A stretch of 55,020 bases of DNA, the filler included, from an uncultured Acidimicrobiales bacterium (GTDB lineage Bacteria; Actinomycetota; Acidimicrobiia; Acidimicrobiales; UBA10347), in NCBI GenBank assembly GCA_943788915.1. It is 3 parts of 3 records of this genome, joined end to end, with 100 filler letters (N's around TTAATTAATTAA, not from the genome) between each part and the next. Parts side by side here need not be neighbours in the genome. Positions count along the whole stretch, not along the records: positions 23,791 to 40,348 come from CALSSD010000020.1; positions 40,449 to 55,020 come from CALSSD010000022.1; 1 more part is not named here. One strand, given 5' to 3'. A program made the translations under genes and the position numbers. Below are positions 38,073-49,421 of the stretch, one piece after another. The stretch's first letter is position 1. Every line of letters begins with the position of its first letter. A model generated the notes under the pieces. It searched no databases, was not told the origin of the DNA, and worked only from the letters and a program-made list of their open reading frames with translations.

Positions 38073-38606
38073 TCAGCCATCCAACTGTTCGCGGGCGTCC
38101 CACAGGTGGTGCTCGACATCGTGCAGCATGTAACGAGCTAAGGATTCCACGGTGAAACGGGGACCGTCGCTGCGGATCCCTTCCTTATCCCATTCGTCGT
38201 CGTCAACCCGATCGAGCAGGTCAGCGAACTTGCCAGCGTTCGATGCCAAGTCATAGGCCACCTTGGCTGGATCCTGGCTGGCATAGTCGCTTTTAACCGC
38301 TTCGACTTCCTGGTTCCAGTCGTTGAACGTTGGGGGTTTGCGTTTCTTCAACATCTGGCGGCTGCGTTCTTCAAAGATCTTGAATACGTCGCGCACATGG
38401 CAGCCGTACTCAAGTGGCGTCCAGGTGCGGTCATCACCATCACGAAGGCTCTGGACGCCAGGACCGCGCCCCAGCAACTCACGCCACGCGCCACCAACAG
38501 CTCGGACCCGCGGCCCAAGCTCATTTCGGCTCAGCGCATCAGCTTTGTACCCGCACTCTTCGCATTGACGCTCGAGCACCCATGTCCAATCACCATCTTC
38601 ACCCAT
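38073..38606 (-). CDS. DinB family protein
   Basis: DWTWVLERQCEECG, WTPLEYGCHVRD, HDVEHH. Confidence 0.85.
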   Translation of the reverse strand: MGEDGDWTWVLERQCEECGYKADALSRNELGPRVRAVGGAWRELLGRGPGVQSLRDGDDRTWTPLEYGCHVRDVFKIFEERSRQMLKKRKPPTFNDWNQEVEAVKSDYASQDPAKVAYDLASNAGKFADLLDRVDDDEWDKEGIRSDGPRFTVESLARYMLHDVEHHLWDAREQLDG

Positions 38607-39113
38607 CCGCCCACAGTACGCCCAACGCTCCCGCTTGGCGATTCAAGATTGCCAAGGGAGATCAAGCGGGATACAACCCAGCCAACTCATGCCACGAGGC
38701 GACTGTCCATCAAACGATTCCTGCGAGCGCTCCTGCCCCACCAATATCTCACCAACAGCGCTGTTGAGGCATTGGGAAAGGCGGGCGCAGACACGTGCTG
38801 GACTGCGCTCGACCGGTCTACTGAGCGGGGTCGAGCTCCTGCGTCGAACTGCCCGCTATTCGTCAGCTTCCCATTTCAGGGCGAGACCGTTTTTCAAAGA
38901 CTCGCCCAAGTTCACCAACGAAAGTGGCCGTCATCTCGTTGAGCTCAACCGCCGAATACGGACCTACAACGATCGAGACTCATTGTCTCGACTGCTCTCA
39001 ATAGGCCACGCGTGACACCCCTTATAAATATTGTTAATCAATTAGGGCGCTTTAATAGTTACCTCTATCTATAGCCGTGTAATGAGTCCGATGGTTGTGT
39101 AAGTTCTTCCGTC

Positions 39114-39425
39114 ATGGAACTTGATAGTCCTGTGAGCTCGCCTGGCGACAAAATGGGCCCGTGGCAATTTCTTACGAATCACACCCACGTGCTGGTGGCG
39201 ATTCGTCGCAATCCCAACATTCGTCAGCGAGAAATCGCCGACCAGGTCGGCATTACCGAAGGCGCGGTGCAACGCATCGTGCATGAACTCGAAGAGAGCG
39301 GTTGCCTGACCCACACCAAGGTCGGTCGACGCAATCACTATGAGATCGTCTTCGACCGCGATTTACGTCACCCACTCGAGACGAATCACACCCTGGGCGA
39401 GCTACTCACCCTGCTCGAAGACTGA
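39114..39425 (+). CDS. Winged-helix (MarR/AsnC-like) transcriptional regulator
   Basis: WQFLTNHTHVL, REIADQVGITEGAVQRIV, GRRNHY, LRHPLE. Confidence 0.88.
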   Translation: MELDSPVSSPGDKMGPWQFLTNHTHVLVAIRRNPNIRQREIADQVGITEGAVQRIVHELEESGCLTHTKVGRRNHYEIVFDRDLRHPLETNHTLGELLTLLED

Positions 39426-39528
39426 GTCGAAAACGAGCCCAAACACGCGTGTTTGAACGCTCCTGACGAGGCGTTCCCAAAATACAGAACGTGACAGGCC
39501 CCAACTTCACGCTGGCGTTTAACGCTTC

Positions 39529-40035
39529 CTACGCGGGCCGTTCGGTGATGTCGATGATCACGGGCTCAATGGAACCACCGAACTCGAGAACCCGTCCAAC
39601 GAGCTCAGCGAGCCCCTCAGGCACCACCTTGTCGTTCGTCTCGTGTAACTCGGCTGGCGTGAACCAGCGCATGTCGACGATCCCTTCGCCCCGTAGTTCG
39701 TGCTCAGCCAAGGCTGGCGCGAGGGCAAATTGACGACATGGCACCAGATGAATGTCTTCCTGCTGCCCGCCGTAACCCGGAGCAATGCCTGGGCCGCGCT
39801 GGGTGCGGCGGCACACGACAGGACCGATAAACGCCTCGGCTAGGCCGGTTTCCTCGAGGAGCTCTCGTCGGAGCGCCGTCGGAAGGTCTTCGCCGTCTTC
39901 GATACCACCGCCAGGCAAGACCCATCCGGTCCAGCCGTTGCGTTCCAGCAAGAGCTTGACCATGAGGACCCGGTCAGTCGGGTCGATCATGAGCGCCCGT
40001 ACTGCTTGGCGCAGGGGAAGTTCGGAGTCGGTCAT
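39529..40035 (-). CDS. NUDIX hydrolase
   Basis: LPGGGIEDGEDLPTALRRELLEETGL Nudix box. Confidence 0.9.
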   Translation of the reverse strand: MTDSELPLRQAVRALMIDPTDRVLMVKLLLERNGWTGWVLPGGGIEDGEDLPTALRRELLEETGLAEAFIGPVVCRRTQRGPGIAPGYGGQQEDIHLVPCRQFALAPALAEHELRGEGIVDMRWFTPAELHETNDKVVPEGLAELVGRVLEFGGSIEPVIIDITERPA

Positions 40036-40348
40036 GAGTTGTTGCCAATTCGCACCTTGGGCAGCAAAGCAGCAACTGAGCGAGATCGCAATACGCCAGC
40101 CCAAACTCCAGCGCAGTACGAGCCGTGGTCGAGCGCCCGAAATGCGGTGTGGGTCACCAGATTGTTCGCTGGGCGGGTACGGAACCAGTCGATCATTGCG
40201 GGGACAACGAGAGCGGTGGCAAGCGCCCGTCGACTCCTGCTTGTCCACACCAACAGGGGTGCCCAGGATCGGGTCACCGCTGCAGCGAGACCATGCACGG
40301 CATACCCGTGCGTCATGACCGTTAGCCGAGCGGCCTCTTTTGCGGGAG
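40032..40348 (-). CDS. mftF: Probable mycofactocin glycosyltransferase MftF, C-terminal fragment
   Basis: DW...RALDHGSYCAGVWAGVLRSRS..ALLP resembles the MftF C-terminus; truncated by the gap. Confidence 0.55.
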
Positions 40349-40448
40349 NNNNNNNNNNNNNNNNNNNNNNNNNNNNNNNNNNNNNNNNNNNNTTAATTAA
40401 TTAANNNNNNNNNNNNNNNNNNNNNNNNNNNNNNNNNNNNNNNNNNNN
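40349..40448. other. Artificial contig linker
   Basis: N run, TTAATTAATTAA, N run. Confidence 0.98.
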
Positions 40449-41605
40449 CCGGCCCAGCCGGGAGCGCTCACGCCCACCGCGAGGAGCGCACCTGCTGCCC
40501 ACCCGAGTTCGAGCCGGGCCTCGAGGCCGGCGAATGCCTTGCCCCGCCGAGCGTGAGGCGCTTCGGCTTGCACCACGCTGTCAAAGGTCCGCCGAGCGAC
40601 GCTGCCGCCCAATCCAATCGCAAACGCGAGGACCACGGCGGTCACCCGATGGAAACGTAATGCGGTGATTATCGCAACCGCGGCAGGGGTCGCCAGCGCT
40701 GCGGTAAGGGTGAGCTGTTCACCGACGATCCGACGAAGCCGGTGCGCGACGAATGTGCCAGCGAATCCACCCAGTGACATCGCGACGGCCAGGACACCGA
40801 ACATCCATGCGGGTTCGCCGGTCCGTTTCATCTCGAATCCGAGGTGAAAGATAAGAAAACCAATGGCTGCCCGGAGGGAACCCATGGCGATGGTCGCCGA
40901 TCGAACGCCAGGACCGGACAGTTCCAACTGCTCGACAACTGGCGACACATTCTGCTCGGGATGGGGAGGAGGCAGGCGAAATGCGAGCAGGGCTCCTACT
41001 CCGTAGATGACTGCGCCCAACCGCAGTACCCATTCGGGGCCAGCGGAGTTCAAGACAACGACTGCTGGTGCGGCTGCGACGGCGCCAGCAGCGGCTGCCA
41101 TGCGAGCGATGCGAGCGTTAACCACCACCAAGTGGGCGCGATCTTCGACGAGCACAGGAATGAGTGAGTTCCGCGACACTGCGAACATCTTGGCCAGCAC
41201 CATGATGACGAATGCCTGGGGGTAGAAAAGGAGGCCCTTGAGCTGGGTGGCAAGCAACAAGGCAAACAGCGCCCGGCCGCCTAGTGCGGCCATAAGGACG
41301 ATGCGATGGCCGCCCCGGATTCGGTCGATGAACGGCCCGATGAGCGGAGCGAGAACCAGGAATGGTGCCATGGTCACCGCGAGATAGAGCACGATTCGAG
41401 GTCGGGCTGCATCGAGCGAGACGTTAAAGAACAATGAACCGGCCAGCGAGACAGCGAACATCGTTTCGCCCATGCTGTGCAGCGCTTGCACCGGCACCAA
41501 TTGGGTTACGCCAGTGTCGCCGAGAAGCGGAAGGTCATCGAACCTGGCGGGTGTGAGCCGACGTAAGAAGTGCAGTGATGATCGAGAGGCGTCCGCCGGG
41601 ATCAT
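40449..41605 (-). CDS. MFS transporter, truncated by the gap
   Basis: Multiple TM helices; SLAGSLFF, APLIGPFIDR, FDSVVQ. Confidence 0.85.
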
Positions 41606-42123
41606 TGATCGGTGACCAGGCCCTCGGGTTCCACCTGAGTGGGCGGTTGGGTCATCACTGGTTTTCGGCCCGTTCGGTCGATTGGGAAGTGGTAACCGAC
41701 GATACTTTCCGGGGTTCGGTAGATCTCGCCCCGGACATCTGCCGACCCATCTACTGCCACCCCGCCGAGCCCAACGAGGAGTCCGCCGTCGCGTACTGGC
41801 GCTCCTTCGATCTCTTCGAGCGCTTCGATTCGACTGTCGATGAAATGGATGTCGGCCGTATCTATGAAATGACCGACGACCGCGACTTGCACAACCAGTT
41901 CGATGTCGGCTGGACCGAGGCTCTCGACAAATACGACGGGTAGCTCGTCTGGTTCTACCTCGATGGCGAACTGTGGTTCGGCGAGCACCCAGTCGATCAC
42001 CAGGATGTAGGTCTCGGCCACCGGACTGACGGCCTCATCGGGATCTGACCCGCAGCTGATTACCAGTGCAGCGCAAAGGATGATGGACAGGACGGTATGC
42101 ACACTCCTGACGCGACTCAGCAT
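41602..42123 (-). CDS. Hypothetical lipoprotein
   Basis: Hydrophobic signal with VISC lipobox; acidic mature part. Confidence 0.6.
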   Translation of the reverse strand: MLSRVRSVHTVLSIILCAALVISCGSDPDEAVSPVAETYILVIDWVLAEPQFAIEVEPDELPVVFVESLGPADIELVVQVAVVGHFIDTADIHFIDSRIEALEEIEGAPVRDGGLLVGLGGVAVDGSADVRGEIYRTPESIVGYHFPIDRTGRKPVMTQPPTQVEPEGLVTDQ

Positions 42124-42218
42124 GTGCCCAGGTTACGCACAAGTAGGGCCTCTCTCGCTGATGAACTCCGGGCCCAGCCATCTGACCGCGTTGTCAAACC
42201 GCACCAGAGCCGTCTCGG

Positions 42219-42713
42219 CTAGAAGACCAAACGGCCCAAACTCTCGGCAACCACGGCTGGTTTCTCTTGCCCCTGTACTTCAACGACGACCTCGTTCATG
42301 ACTTCGATCATCCCGCCTTTGATCTCGGCACGCTTGAGGGTGCTGATGGAGCGAATCAACGCTCCAACCGGAACTGGTGAGGGAAATCGGACCTTGTCGA
42401 ACCCGTAGTTGATAGCCAACTTCTGCCCGTCGAGCGCTACGCCCGGAACCGGTTCGGTGCGGGGGAGATGTCCCATGATCGACAGTGTCAAGTGGCCATG
42501 TGCAATCGGCTGGCCAAACGGACCGTCATTGGCGCGTGCAACGTCGATGTGGATCCATTGATGGTCCATGGTCACGTCGGCGAAATCATTGATCCGGTCT
42601 TGGGTAATTTCCATCCAATCGGTTGGCGGTGTTGAGTCCCCGATTCGACCTTGCAGTGTCTCAAGGGCCTTGGCCATCTGGTTGTCTGCTTCGCTCACCG
42701 TTGCCTCCATCAC
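42219..42713 (-). CDS. MaoC family dehydratase
   Basis: FADVTMDHQWIH, IAHGHLTLS, NYGFDKVRF. Confidence 0.92.
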   Translation of the reverse strand: MMEATVSEADNQMAKALETLQGRIGDSTPPTDWMEITQDRINDFADVTMDHQWIHIDVARANDGPFGQPIAHGHLTLSIMGHLPRTEPVPGVALDGQKLAINYGFDKVRFPSPVPVGALIRSISTLKRAEIKGGMIEVMNEVVVEVQGQEKPAVVAESLGRLVF

Positions 42714-42789
42714 GTCTCATGTTCCGTGTCGCATGTGCCTTGTCATCAGCCTGACACGTGGAAGCCCACGCACCACTAGTGGCGGAGCG

Positions 42790-43284
42790 TTACGGTTCGC
42801 GTCCTGGCAAGAATTGTTGCTTCGCCCAACCAGTGTCGAAGGGTGTGAAGAACGCAACGTCGATCACCATCGCCGAAATCATCCACGTTCCCTCGACCCG
42901 CCGATACTGGTCGTGGTAGGTCGCAGCAAGCCACAGCGCCTGATCGCGTTCTCCTTCTTCGCCGGTAGTGGTGCACGGCTGGAACAGCAACCAGTCGGCG
43001 GTCGCTTCGTCACCGTCGACGGTGATGATCGGGTTCATCACCTGATGGCGGGCGATCGAGATCCGTTGTGACGCCGCCTCGAAGTGTCGGTGGATTGCGT
43101 CCCGCCCCTCCCGCTTCCCGAAGGTACGGCCGCCGTCCCAGATGCCGTCTTCGGTGAAGAGCGCAGCGATGCCGTTGGGGTCGTACCCGTCGTCGCAGTA
43201 CGCGCAATAACGCGCCTTCAGCTGCTTGATCTCTTCGATGTCCTCGAGTCGGGTGAGTCGGGCGTCGAAGTCAGCGGTGGTCAT
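42790..43284 (-). CDS. NTF2/SnoaL-like (LinA/BaiE-type) protein
   Basis: RLEDIEEIKQLKARYC..D, LFTEDG, YHDQY; GGAG RBS. Confidence 0.85.
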   Translation of the reverse strand: MTTADFDARLTRLEDIEEIKQLKARYCAYCDDGYDPNGIAALFTEDGIWDGGRTFGKREGRDAIHRHFEAASQRISIARHQVMNPIITVDGDEATADWLLFQPCTTTGEEGERDQALWLAATYHDQYRRVEGTWMISAMVIDVAFFTPFDTGWAKQQFLPGREP

Positions 43285-43460
43285 CGTGAGGTCTCCTTGC
43301 GGCGGGTCCTGCCCATCGATACTAGTTCTCGACACCAGGAGGCCGCGGTGGTCACGACTTCCTTCGCCGTCCGAGCCACCTTGCAGTTGGTGCCACCCGC
43401 TGAGGTACTGTCGATTTGACGAAGATTGATCTGCGAACACGACCGCTTGGGGAACACAAC

Positions 43461-44627
43461 ATGGCGTTAACGACCGATAGCCGAATCGAAAGTGCTCCTC
43501 GAGCGATCGATACACCGATCATCTCCGCGGACTCACACATCACCGAGCCGGGCTGGACGTACCTCGACAACATCGACCCTGCGTTTCGTGATCGCGCCCC
43601 GTTCATGACCGACGAAGCAGGCGAAGGTGCGTGTTTCCACGTGCCCGGCATGAGCTACAAGATCCACCTCGGTTTGCACTCAGCAGCGGGTCGTCAGTCG
43701 GATCAGCTGTCGATGAAGGGTGTGCCATTCGAGGGTCTTCACCGCGCTGGTTGGGACGCGACCGCACGGGTCGAGGCCCAGCAAGCTGACGGTGTTGATG
43801 GCGAAGTGATCTACCCATCGGTTGGCATGTTGTTGTGTAACCATCCCGACATCGATCTCAAGAAGGCAATGTTCGACGCCTACAACCGGTGGATCGCCGA
43901 GTATTGCGCGGTGGCGCCGGACCGCTTGTATGGCTGCGGGCAGACCGCAGCCCGCACCATTCCCGAAGCGATCAGCGACCTCGAAGCCATCTCTGCCGCT
44001 GGCCTGCGGGGTGTGATGCTGCCGGGCACGCCAGGCCCGGCCTACGACGGCGGCCCTGACTACGACGATCCGGCGTGGGATGACTTCTACACGGCTGCGA
44101 TCGATCTCGGCCTGGTTCTGAGTTTCCATATCTTGACCGGCGAGAACTACAAACCGCGGGGCCCGAAGCTCAACACGTTCATGTCGATCATTCGAGGAAA
44201 CCAGGATCTGATTGGCACCTTCGTTTTTGGTGGCGTGTTCGATCGGGTTCCTGATCTGAAGATCGTGTGTGTCGAGGCCGATGCCGGGTGGGTGCCGCAT
44301 TACAGCTACCGGATGGATCATGCGTATAACCGTCACCGCAACTGGCTGAAGAGCGCCACACTTGAGCGTCGCCCCAGCGAGTACGTCGAGGATCATGTCA
44401 AGGTCACGTTCCAAGATGATTGGTCGGCCTTCCGTATGGCCGAAGCAGGGCTGCTGAAGCCCGAGCAACTGATGTGGGCGAACGACTATCCGCACAGCGA
44501 CTCGACCTGGCCCTATAGCCAGGGCATGTTGGCCGAACAGACCAGTGCACTTCCTGAAGACGCTCGGGCGAAGATCCTTGGTGGCAATGCGGTAGAGCTC
44601 TACAACCTGGGCGACCTCTTCAACTGA
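43461..44627 (+). CDS. Amidohydrolase family 2 protein
   Basis: SADSHITEP, YNRW, SFH, EADAGW, WANDYPH. Confidence 0.92.
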   Translation: MALTTDSRIESAPRAIDTPIISADSHITEPGWTYLDNIDPAFRDRAPFMTDEAGEGACFHVPGMSYKIHLGLHSAAGRQSDQLSMKGVPFEGLHRAGWDATARVEAQQADGVDGEVIYPSVGMLLCNHPDIDLKKAMFDAYNRWIAEYCAVAPDRLYGCGQTAARTIPEAISDLEAISAAGLRGVMLPGTPGPAYDGGPDYDDPAWDDFYTAAIDLGLVLSFHILTGENYKPRGPKLNTFMSIIRGNQDLIGTFVFGGVFDRVPDLKIVCVEADAGWVPHYSYRMDHAYNRHRNWLKSATLERRPSEYVEDHVKVTFQDDWSAFRMAEAGLLKPEQLMWANDYPHSDSTWPYSQGMLAEQTSALPEDARAKILGGNAVELYNLGDLFN

Positions 44628-44868
44628 GGCGACGCGACCATCAGTTGATCGCTGGTGGCAGCAAGCGACCAGCGCTCCTGGCGAGACCGGATGATGGCCG
44701 ATGCATTACGCGCGCCGGTTCCGAAATCCTCGACCTCACCATCGAGCGCAGCGTCATCGGAACAATCCAAAAAGAATCTTGCAAGAAAAGTGAAAGATCG
44801 CCTCGGGCCGTCAATCCCCTCTGTGAAGCCGCATGCGAGCGGCACCAACCCACCGAAGGAAAGACATC

Positions 44869-46769
44869 ATGGAGACGCAGCCCCACAACAGGACACCACA
44901 TCCGAAACAAGGCCGAGGGAAGCGCATTCTGCTCCAACTACTCGCCGTCGTGCTGGTCGCAGCATCGTGCACGATTGCGGTCCCCTTGCTCGCAAACGCA
45001 GCACAAGGACAGCAGCAGGTTCAGAATGCAGGCGCCCAATCCACGCAGGTTGAGGCGGCTGGGGTTATCAGCCAGACGCCCACCGAAGACAGCATCACGG
45101 TCGATGTGGCGACAGGCACGGCACCAGTCGCAACAGCACACACTGCAACAGCAACGTCGGCTCCCTCGGCACCGGCACCGGTACCAGCACCGGCACAGGT
45201 CAGAGTCAGAGTCTGGAGCAGCCCCCGTGTTGGTGGCGGTTGCTAATGACCGAGCCCGGTTACAGCCTGATGCGCTCGGTTTTATTGCCGCCACCACGTT
45301 GCCAGCGCAGCCAGAATTCGCCCATCTGTTCGGCCACGACGTGCAAGGCCTGTTCGTCACAGCCCCAACCTATGTCGAGCCGGTCGCTGCCGTCGGCGGT
45401 CAGCTCAGAGTCGATCGCATCATCGACTACGAACTTGCGCCCGGTGTGTGCACGAACACCACCAATCGCCAAACGCTTGGTGACCTGTGTTTCGCCGTAG
45501 ATACAACGGCTGACATCACCCCCGAGATTGCGGTGCATATCGCCGAGGTCCGATCACTTCTTGCCAAGGTAAACCCTCGTGATGAAATTGTTTCCGGTGT
45601 CACAGCGAACGACGCTCTCCGGCTCAACGACATCGATCTGTTGGAACTGTCGCTCAACAGCGGCCCTCGTTCGATCACCCGAACGAGCACGATGCCTCTG
45701 ACCGACACTGGCAGCCTGATCCCTCTGAACCCGAACGACCCAGTCGTGGCAAGCACGTTCCGGGGCTTGGACACACACCAGCTCGAGGCACCGACCGGCG
45801 GCGTGTTCGCTGGCGAATCGACCGTAGTCGCACCGTTCGACTTCGACACCGAGTACTTCTTGACCGGCCACACCGTCTACCGCAGCTACAGCGACGAATG
45901 GATCTACGAGAAGGACGCAGCGTGGCACCCACGAATCTTCGTGAGCTTCTCCTACACCTTCAATGCAGGCTTCGGCGTTCGTGCCCCATTCTCGATCGAC
46001 GTCGACTATGTCTCCGGTAACGCCGACGAAACCGTTGTTGCTGTATCGGTTGACCCGGTCAGCCTCGACGTTGCGGCCGAGAAGGTCGGCCTGCCAACCG
46101 ATGCCTACTTCGACGGCAAGGAGTTCGTGCTCGAACTCAACTTCGACTGTGCACTGACCGCATCGATTGCTGGCCTCGGCGGGTCGGTCGACTGCGACGA
46201 TATCTACAGCATCGACACCAACTTCAGCCAAGACTTCAACCCGGTCATCGGCGACGAAACCCGCAACATCCATGACTGGTTCTTGTGGGAAGACGGCGAA
46301 TCACCACTACGTCGTGAGCTCGCCAACGGTGCCATCTACGGCGAAGTCAACTTGGGTATTGGTGCCGACATCGTGGATGGTCGAGTCGGCGTGCAGATCG
46401 ATGCAGGGGGCAACACTGACTATCTCCGGTGTGGTCGATGGCGGCACAACCTGGTTCGATGATCGCAGTGCTCAACTCGTGACCGTCGACCGTGATGCAC
46501 GGTTTGGCGGCTCAGGCTTGGAAGTCTCGAACCCCGAGTACGCCTTCAACGTGGCGGTGCGGCCGAAGGTGAAGTTCACTGCTGGTGTCGACACCTCGGT
46601 CTACGAGAACAGCTGGAGCTTCGTTGCACCCCTCGACTTCCTCGGTTTCTCGGTTGGCTTTGGTCTCGACCATCACGACGACACCGTCGAGAGCCACGAC
46701 TATGAGCTGTACTCCGGCCTCTTCACCGAAGCGGTGCTGTTGGACAACGCCGGGGTGTTCGCTCCGTAA
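44869..46769 (+). pseudogene. Large secreted beta-rich protein split by two frameshifts (near 45195 and 46405)
   Basis: Signal peptide and T/A/P linker (44869-45195), then acidic beta-rich body, then C-terminus TLTISGVVDGG...; three consecutive coding-like frames. Confidence 0.65.
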
Positions 46770-46964
46770 GTCATTCCCCAAGCTGCACTTGGTGCCGGCC
46801 GCTTCGTGACTCTTTGGCCATGAGGCGGCCGGCTCTTTGTGTTGGCGGTGAGCTGAAGCTGAGCCGACTTCGCTGGTGGTTTGGTGGCGTGTAGGGGACG
46901 AAGATGGAAGACTCGCCGAGGGCTCGGTCAGGACGGGTCCGTCGCGATTCTGCAGGAGGCAACT

Positions 46965-48080
46965 ATGAGCGTCAATCGAGCAGCACTGTTCTTCGAACCC
47001 GGGAAACCATTTGAGATAGCCGACTTCCCGATTCCCGAACCGAAGAGTGATGGGGTCACGCTGAAGATCACTCGCTCGAACATCTGCGGTTCGGAACTAC
47101 ACATGTGGCGTGGCGACGGTCGTCTCGCCAAGGTCGTGACACCCGAAGGCCGCATCCTGGGCCACGAAGCTACCGGCGTGGTTCACGCACTCGGCGATGA
47201 CGTAACGACCGACTGGAACGGTGCCCCTCTCGCCGAAGGTGACCGTATTGCATTCCAGTACTTCCGGCCGTGTGGTCGGTGCCGCAACTGCATGCGGGGC
47301 ATGTCCGAGGCATGTAGGACGAGCTTTGCCATCAGGAGCGGTGAACACACCGAGTGGCCCTATACCCGGGGCACGTTCTCGGACTATCTCTACCTGCATG
47401 CGGGCCAGGCCATGTTCAAGGTGCCTGACAATGTGACCGACACCATGATCGTGAGCGCAAACTGTGCGCTCGCCCAGGTGATCATGGGCCTCGAACGGGT
47501 CAATGTCGAGATGGGTGATCGGGTCGTCATCCAAGGCTGTGGCGGGCTCGGTGTGTATGCCTGCGCGGTCGCCAAGGAACGAGGCGCGGAGAAGGTGATC
47601 GCCATCGACGGCATTCCCGAGCGGCTGGCCTTGGCCAAACAGATGGGTGCCGATGAGGTGATCAACCTGAACGAGATCACCGACTCACGAGCTCGAGTCA
47701 GCGCCGTTCGTGACATGACCGATGGTGAAGGCGCCGACGTTGTCGCTGAGCTGGTTGGCTCGGCTGCGGTCATCGACGAAGGACTACGGATGTTGAACTG
47801 GGGTGGCCGTTACCTGGAGATCGGTGTGTTCTTCACCGGCACAAGCTTCGATTGTGATCCCGGTCGGCTGACCGCACAGAACCAACGGATCGAAGCGGTC
47901 GGTTCCTACAACGCGCTCAGCCTGCAATTGGCGGTCGAGTTCCTGAGTCGTAACGCCGACCGGCTGCCGCTCGACGAGGTCGTCGACGACTATCCGCTCG
48001 AAGACATCAACCAGGCGTTCGCCGATCAAGACGCTGGCCTGGTCAAACGGGCATCACTGGTGATGGGCCTGGCTGACTAG
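46965..48080 (+). CDS. Zn-binding dehydrogenase (MDR family)
   Basis: ICGSELH, GHE, CGRCRNC..C, GCGGLG; AGGAGG RBS. Confidence 0.92.
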   Translation: MSVNRAALFFEPGKPFEIADFPIPEPKSDGVTLKITRSNICGSELHMWRGDGRLAKVVTPEGRILGHEATGVVHALGDDVTTDWNGAPLAEGDRIAFQYFRPCGRCRNCMRGMSEACRTSFAIRSGEHTEWPYTRGTFSDYLYLHAGQAMFKVPDNVTDTMIVSANCALAQVIMGLERVNVEMGDRVVIQGCGGLGVYACAVAKERGAEKVIAIDGIPERLALAKQMGADEVINLNEITDSRARVSAVRDMTDGEGADVVAELVGSAAVIDEGLRMLNWGGRYLEIGVFFTGTSFDCDPGRLTAQNQRIEAVGSYNALSLQLAVEFLSRNADRLPLDEVVDDYPLEDINQAFADQDAGLVKRASLVMGLAD

Positions 48081-48222
48081 CTGGCGGAGGCGGCACCACC
48101 GTGTGGCCTGAGCCGTCGACCACGAGGAAATGTGCCGTGGCTGCAATGGAAGATCGGCATCCGTGATTCGACCATCGGCGCTGGACTAGCTAGCGTGCGA
48201 GTGAACGACGCTTGGGGGAGCG

Positions 48223-49107
48223 ATGAGCGCACCTGTCCGATATATCGACCGAACTCGTGACTATTACCTAGGTCAGGGATACGACAAACCGTACGAATGG
48301 GCGCATCACACCGACGTGCCGTTTACCCCGTTGACCAAACCTTTGTCTGAGTCCAGGATCGCGATCGTGTCGACATCGGACATCGCGATCAAGAAGCCCG
48401 ATGGAAGCCGTGATCGCGATAACGAGTTCTCGGTGGGCAACGTCTACTCACTTCCGGCCGACACACCCGTCGACCTGCTGTATTCGCGCCAAGAGCACTA
48501 CGACCAGCACGCCACGACCCTCGAAGATGTCAACGCGTACTACCCGGTGAGTCGACTGCAAGAACTCGTCGACCGGGGTCGGATTGGTGCACTTGCGCCT
48601 CGGCATCACGGTGTCTATACCGGCTACTCGAAACGCAAGACCGCCGAAGTCGACGCTCCTGAAGTGTTACGTCGGTGCCTGGAGGACGACGTCGACCTAG
48701 CGGTGATGACACCGGTTTGACCGGTCTGTCATCAGACCGTGAGTCTGGTTGCACGACATCTCGAAGCGAACGGCATTCCGACGGTCATGTTCGGTACGGC
48801 CAAGGACATCGTTGAACATTGCGGCGTGGCCCGGTTTGTGTTCCTGGACTTCCCGCTCGGTAATTCGTGCGGACGAAGTTTCGATGCTGAACATCAGCAT
48901 CAGATTCTGGAGCTCGGTTTGCAGCTGCTCGAGAACGCAACGGCACCCCGGACCACCGTGCAGGCCCCCGATATCTGGAGCGACGATGACACCTGGAAAC
49001 AACTGATCTTCACCGATGATCAGCCGTTTCTTAGTGGCGAAGCGCTCGAAAACTGGATGGCTGCAAAGCAGCGTTATCGGGACAAGAAGGCGGCCGGAGA
49101 ACTATGA
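48223..49107 (+). CDS. GrdB/PrdB-like reductase selenoprotein (294 aa, Sec at TGA 48718-48720)
   Basis: PFTPLTKPLSESRIAIVST, D.N..YP..RL; VMTPV-U-PVCHQTVSLVARHLEANGIPTV continues in frame across the TGA. Confidence 0.88.
48721..48760 (+). promoter_or_regulatory. Candidate bacterial SECIS hairpin
   Basis: TCAGAC-CGTGA-GTCTGG stem-loop about 11 nt after the TGA; alternative GGTCTG-TCAT-CAGACC. Confidence 0.5.
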
Positions 49108-49373
49108 ACGACGACGCGATACAACCACTACGGCCGACACAGCCGACGCTGACCGTCTTCTCGTCGCCGCTCTGTGGGCCTTGTGAGCGGATGAAGACAT
49201 GGCTCACCGAACGTGACTATGCGTTCGTTGTACGAGATGTGATGATGGACGAAGAGGCAGGCGAGCTGCTCGAGTCCCACGACATTCGCACGACACCGGC
49301 GTTGCAGATCGGCGATCAGTTTGTTGTTGGCCTGGACATCCCCGCGATGGAAGCAGCCTTGGCCGACTGGTAG
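49104..49373 (+). CDS. Glutaredoxin/NrdH-like protein
   Basis: CGPC, cis-Pro TTP, VVG; ATGA overlap with the selenoprotein gene. Confidence 0.85.
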   Translation: MNDDAIQPLRPTQPTLTVFSSPLCGPCERMKTWLTERDYAFVVRDVMMDEEAGELLESHDIRTTPALQIGDQFVVGLDIPAMEAALADW

Positions 49374-49421
49374 CCGTTGCGGCTGGCTGTAACGAGCGGC
49401 GATGGCTAACGTCGTGATGGC

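Noticed and set aside
38610..39110. About 500-bp gene-poor, partly AT-rich region, possibly a decayed gene or sRNA
   Set aside because: No convincing motif, ORF or structure that I can support.
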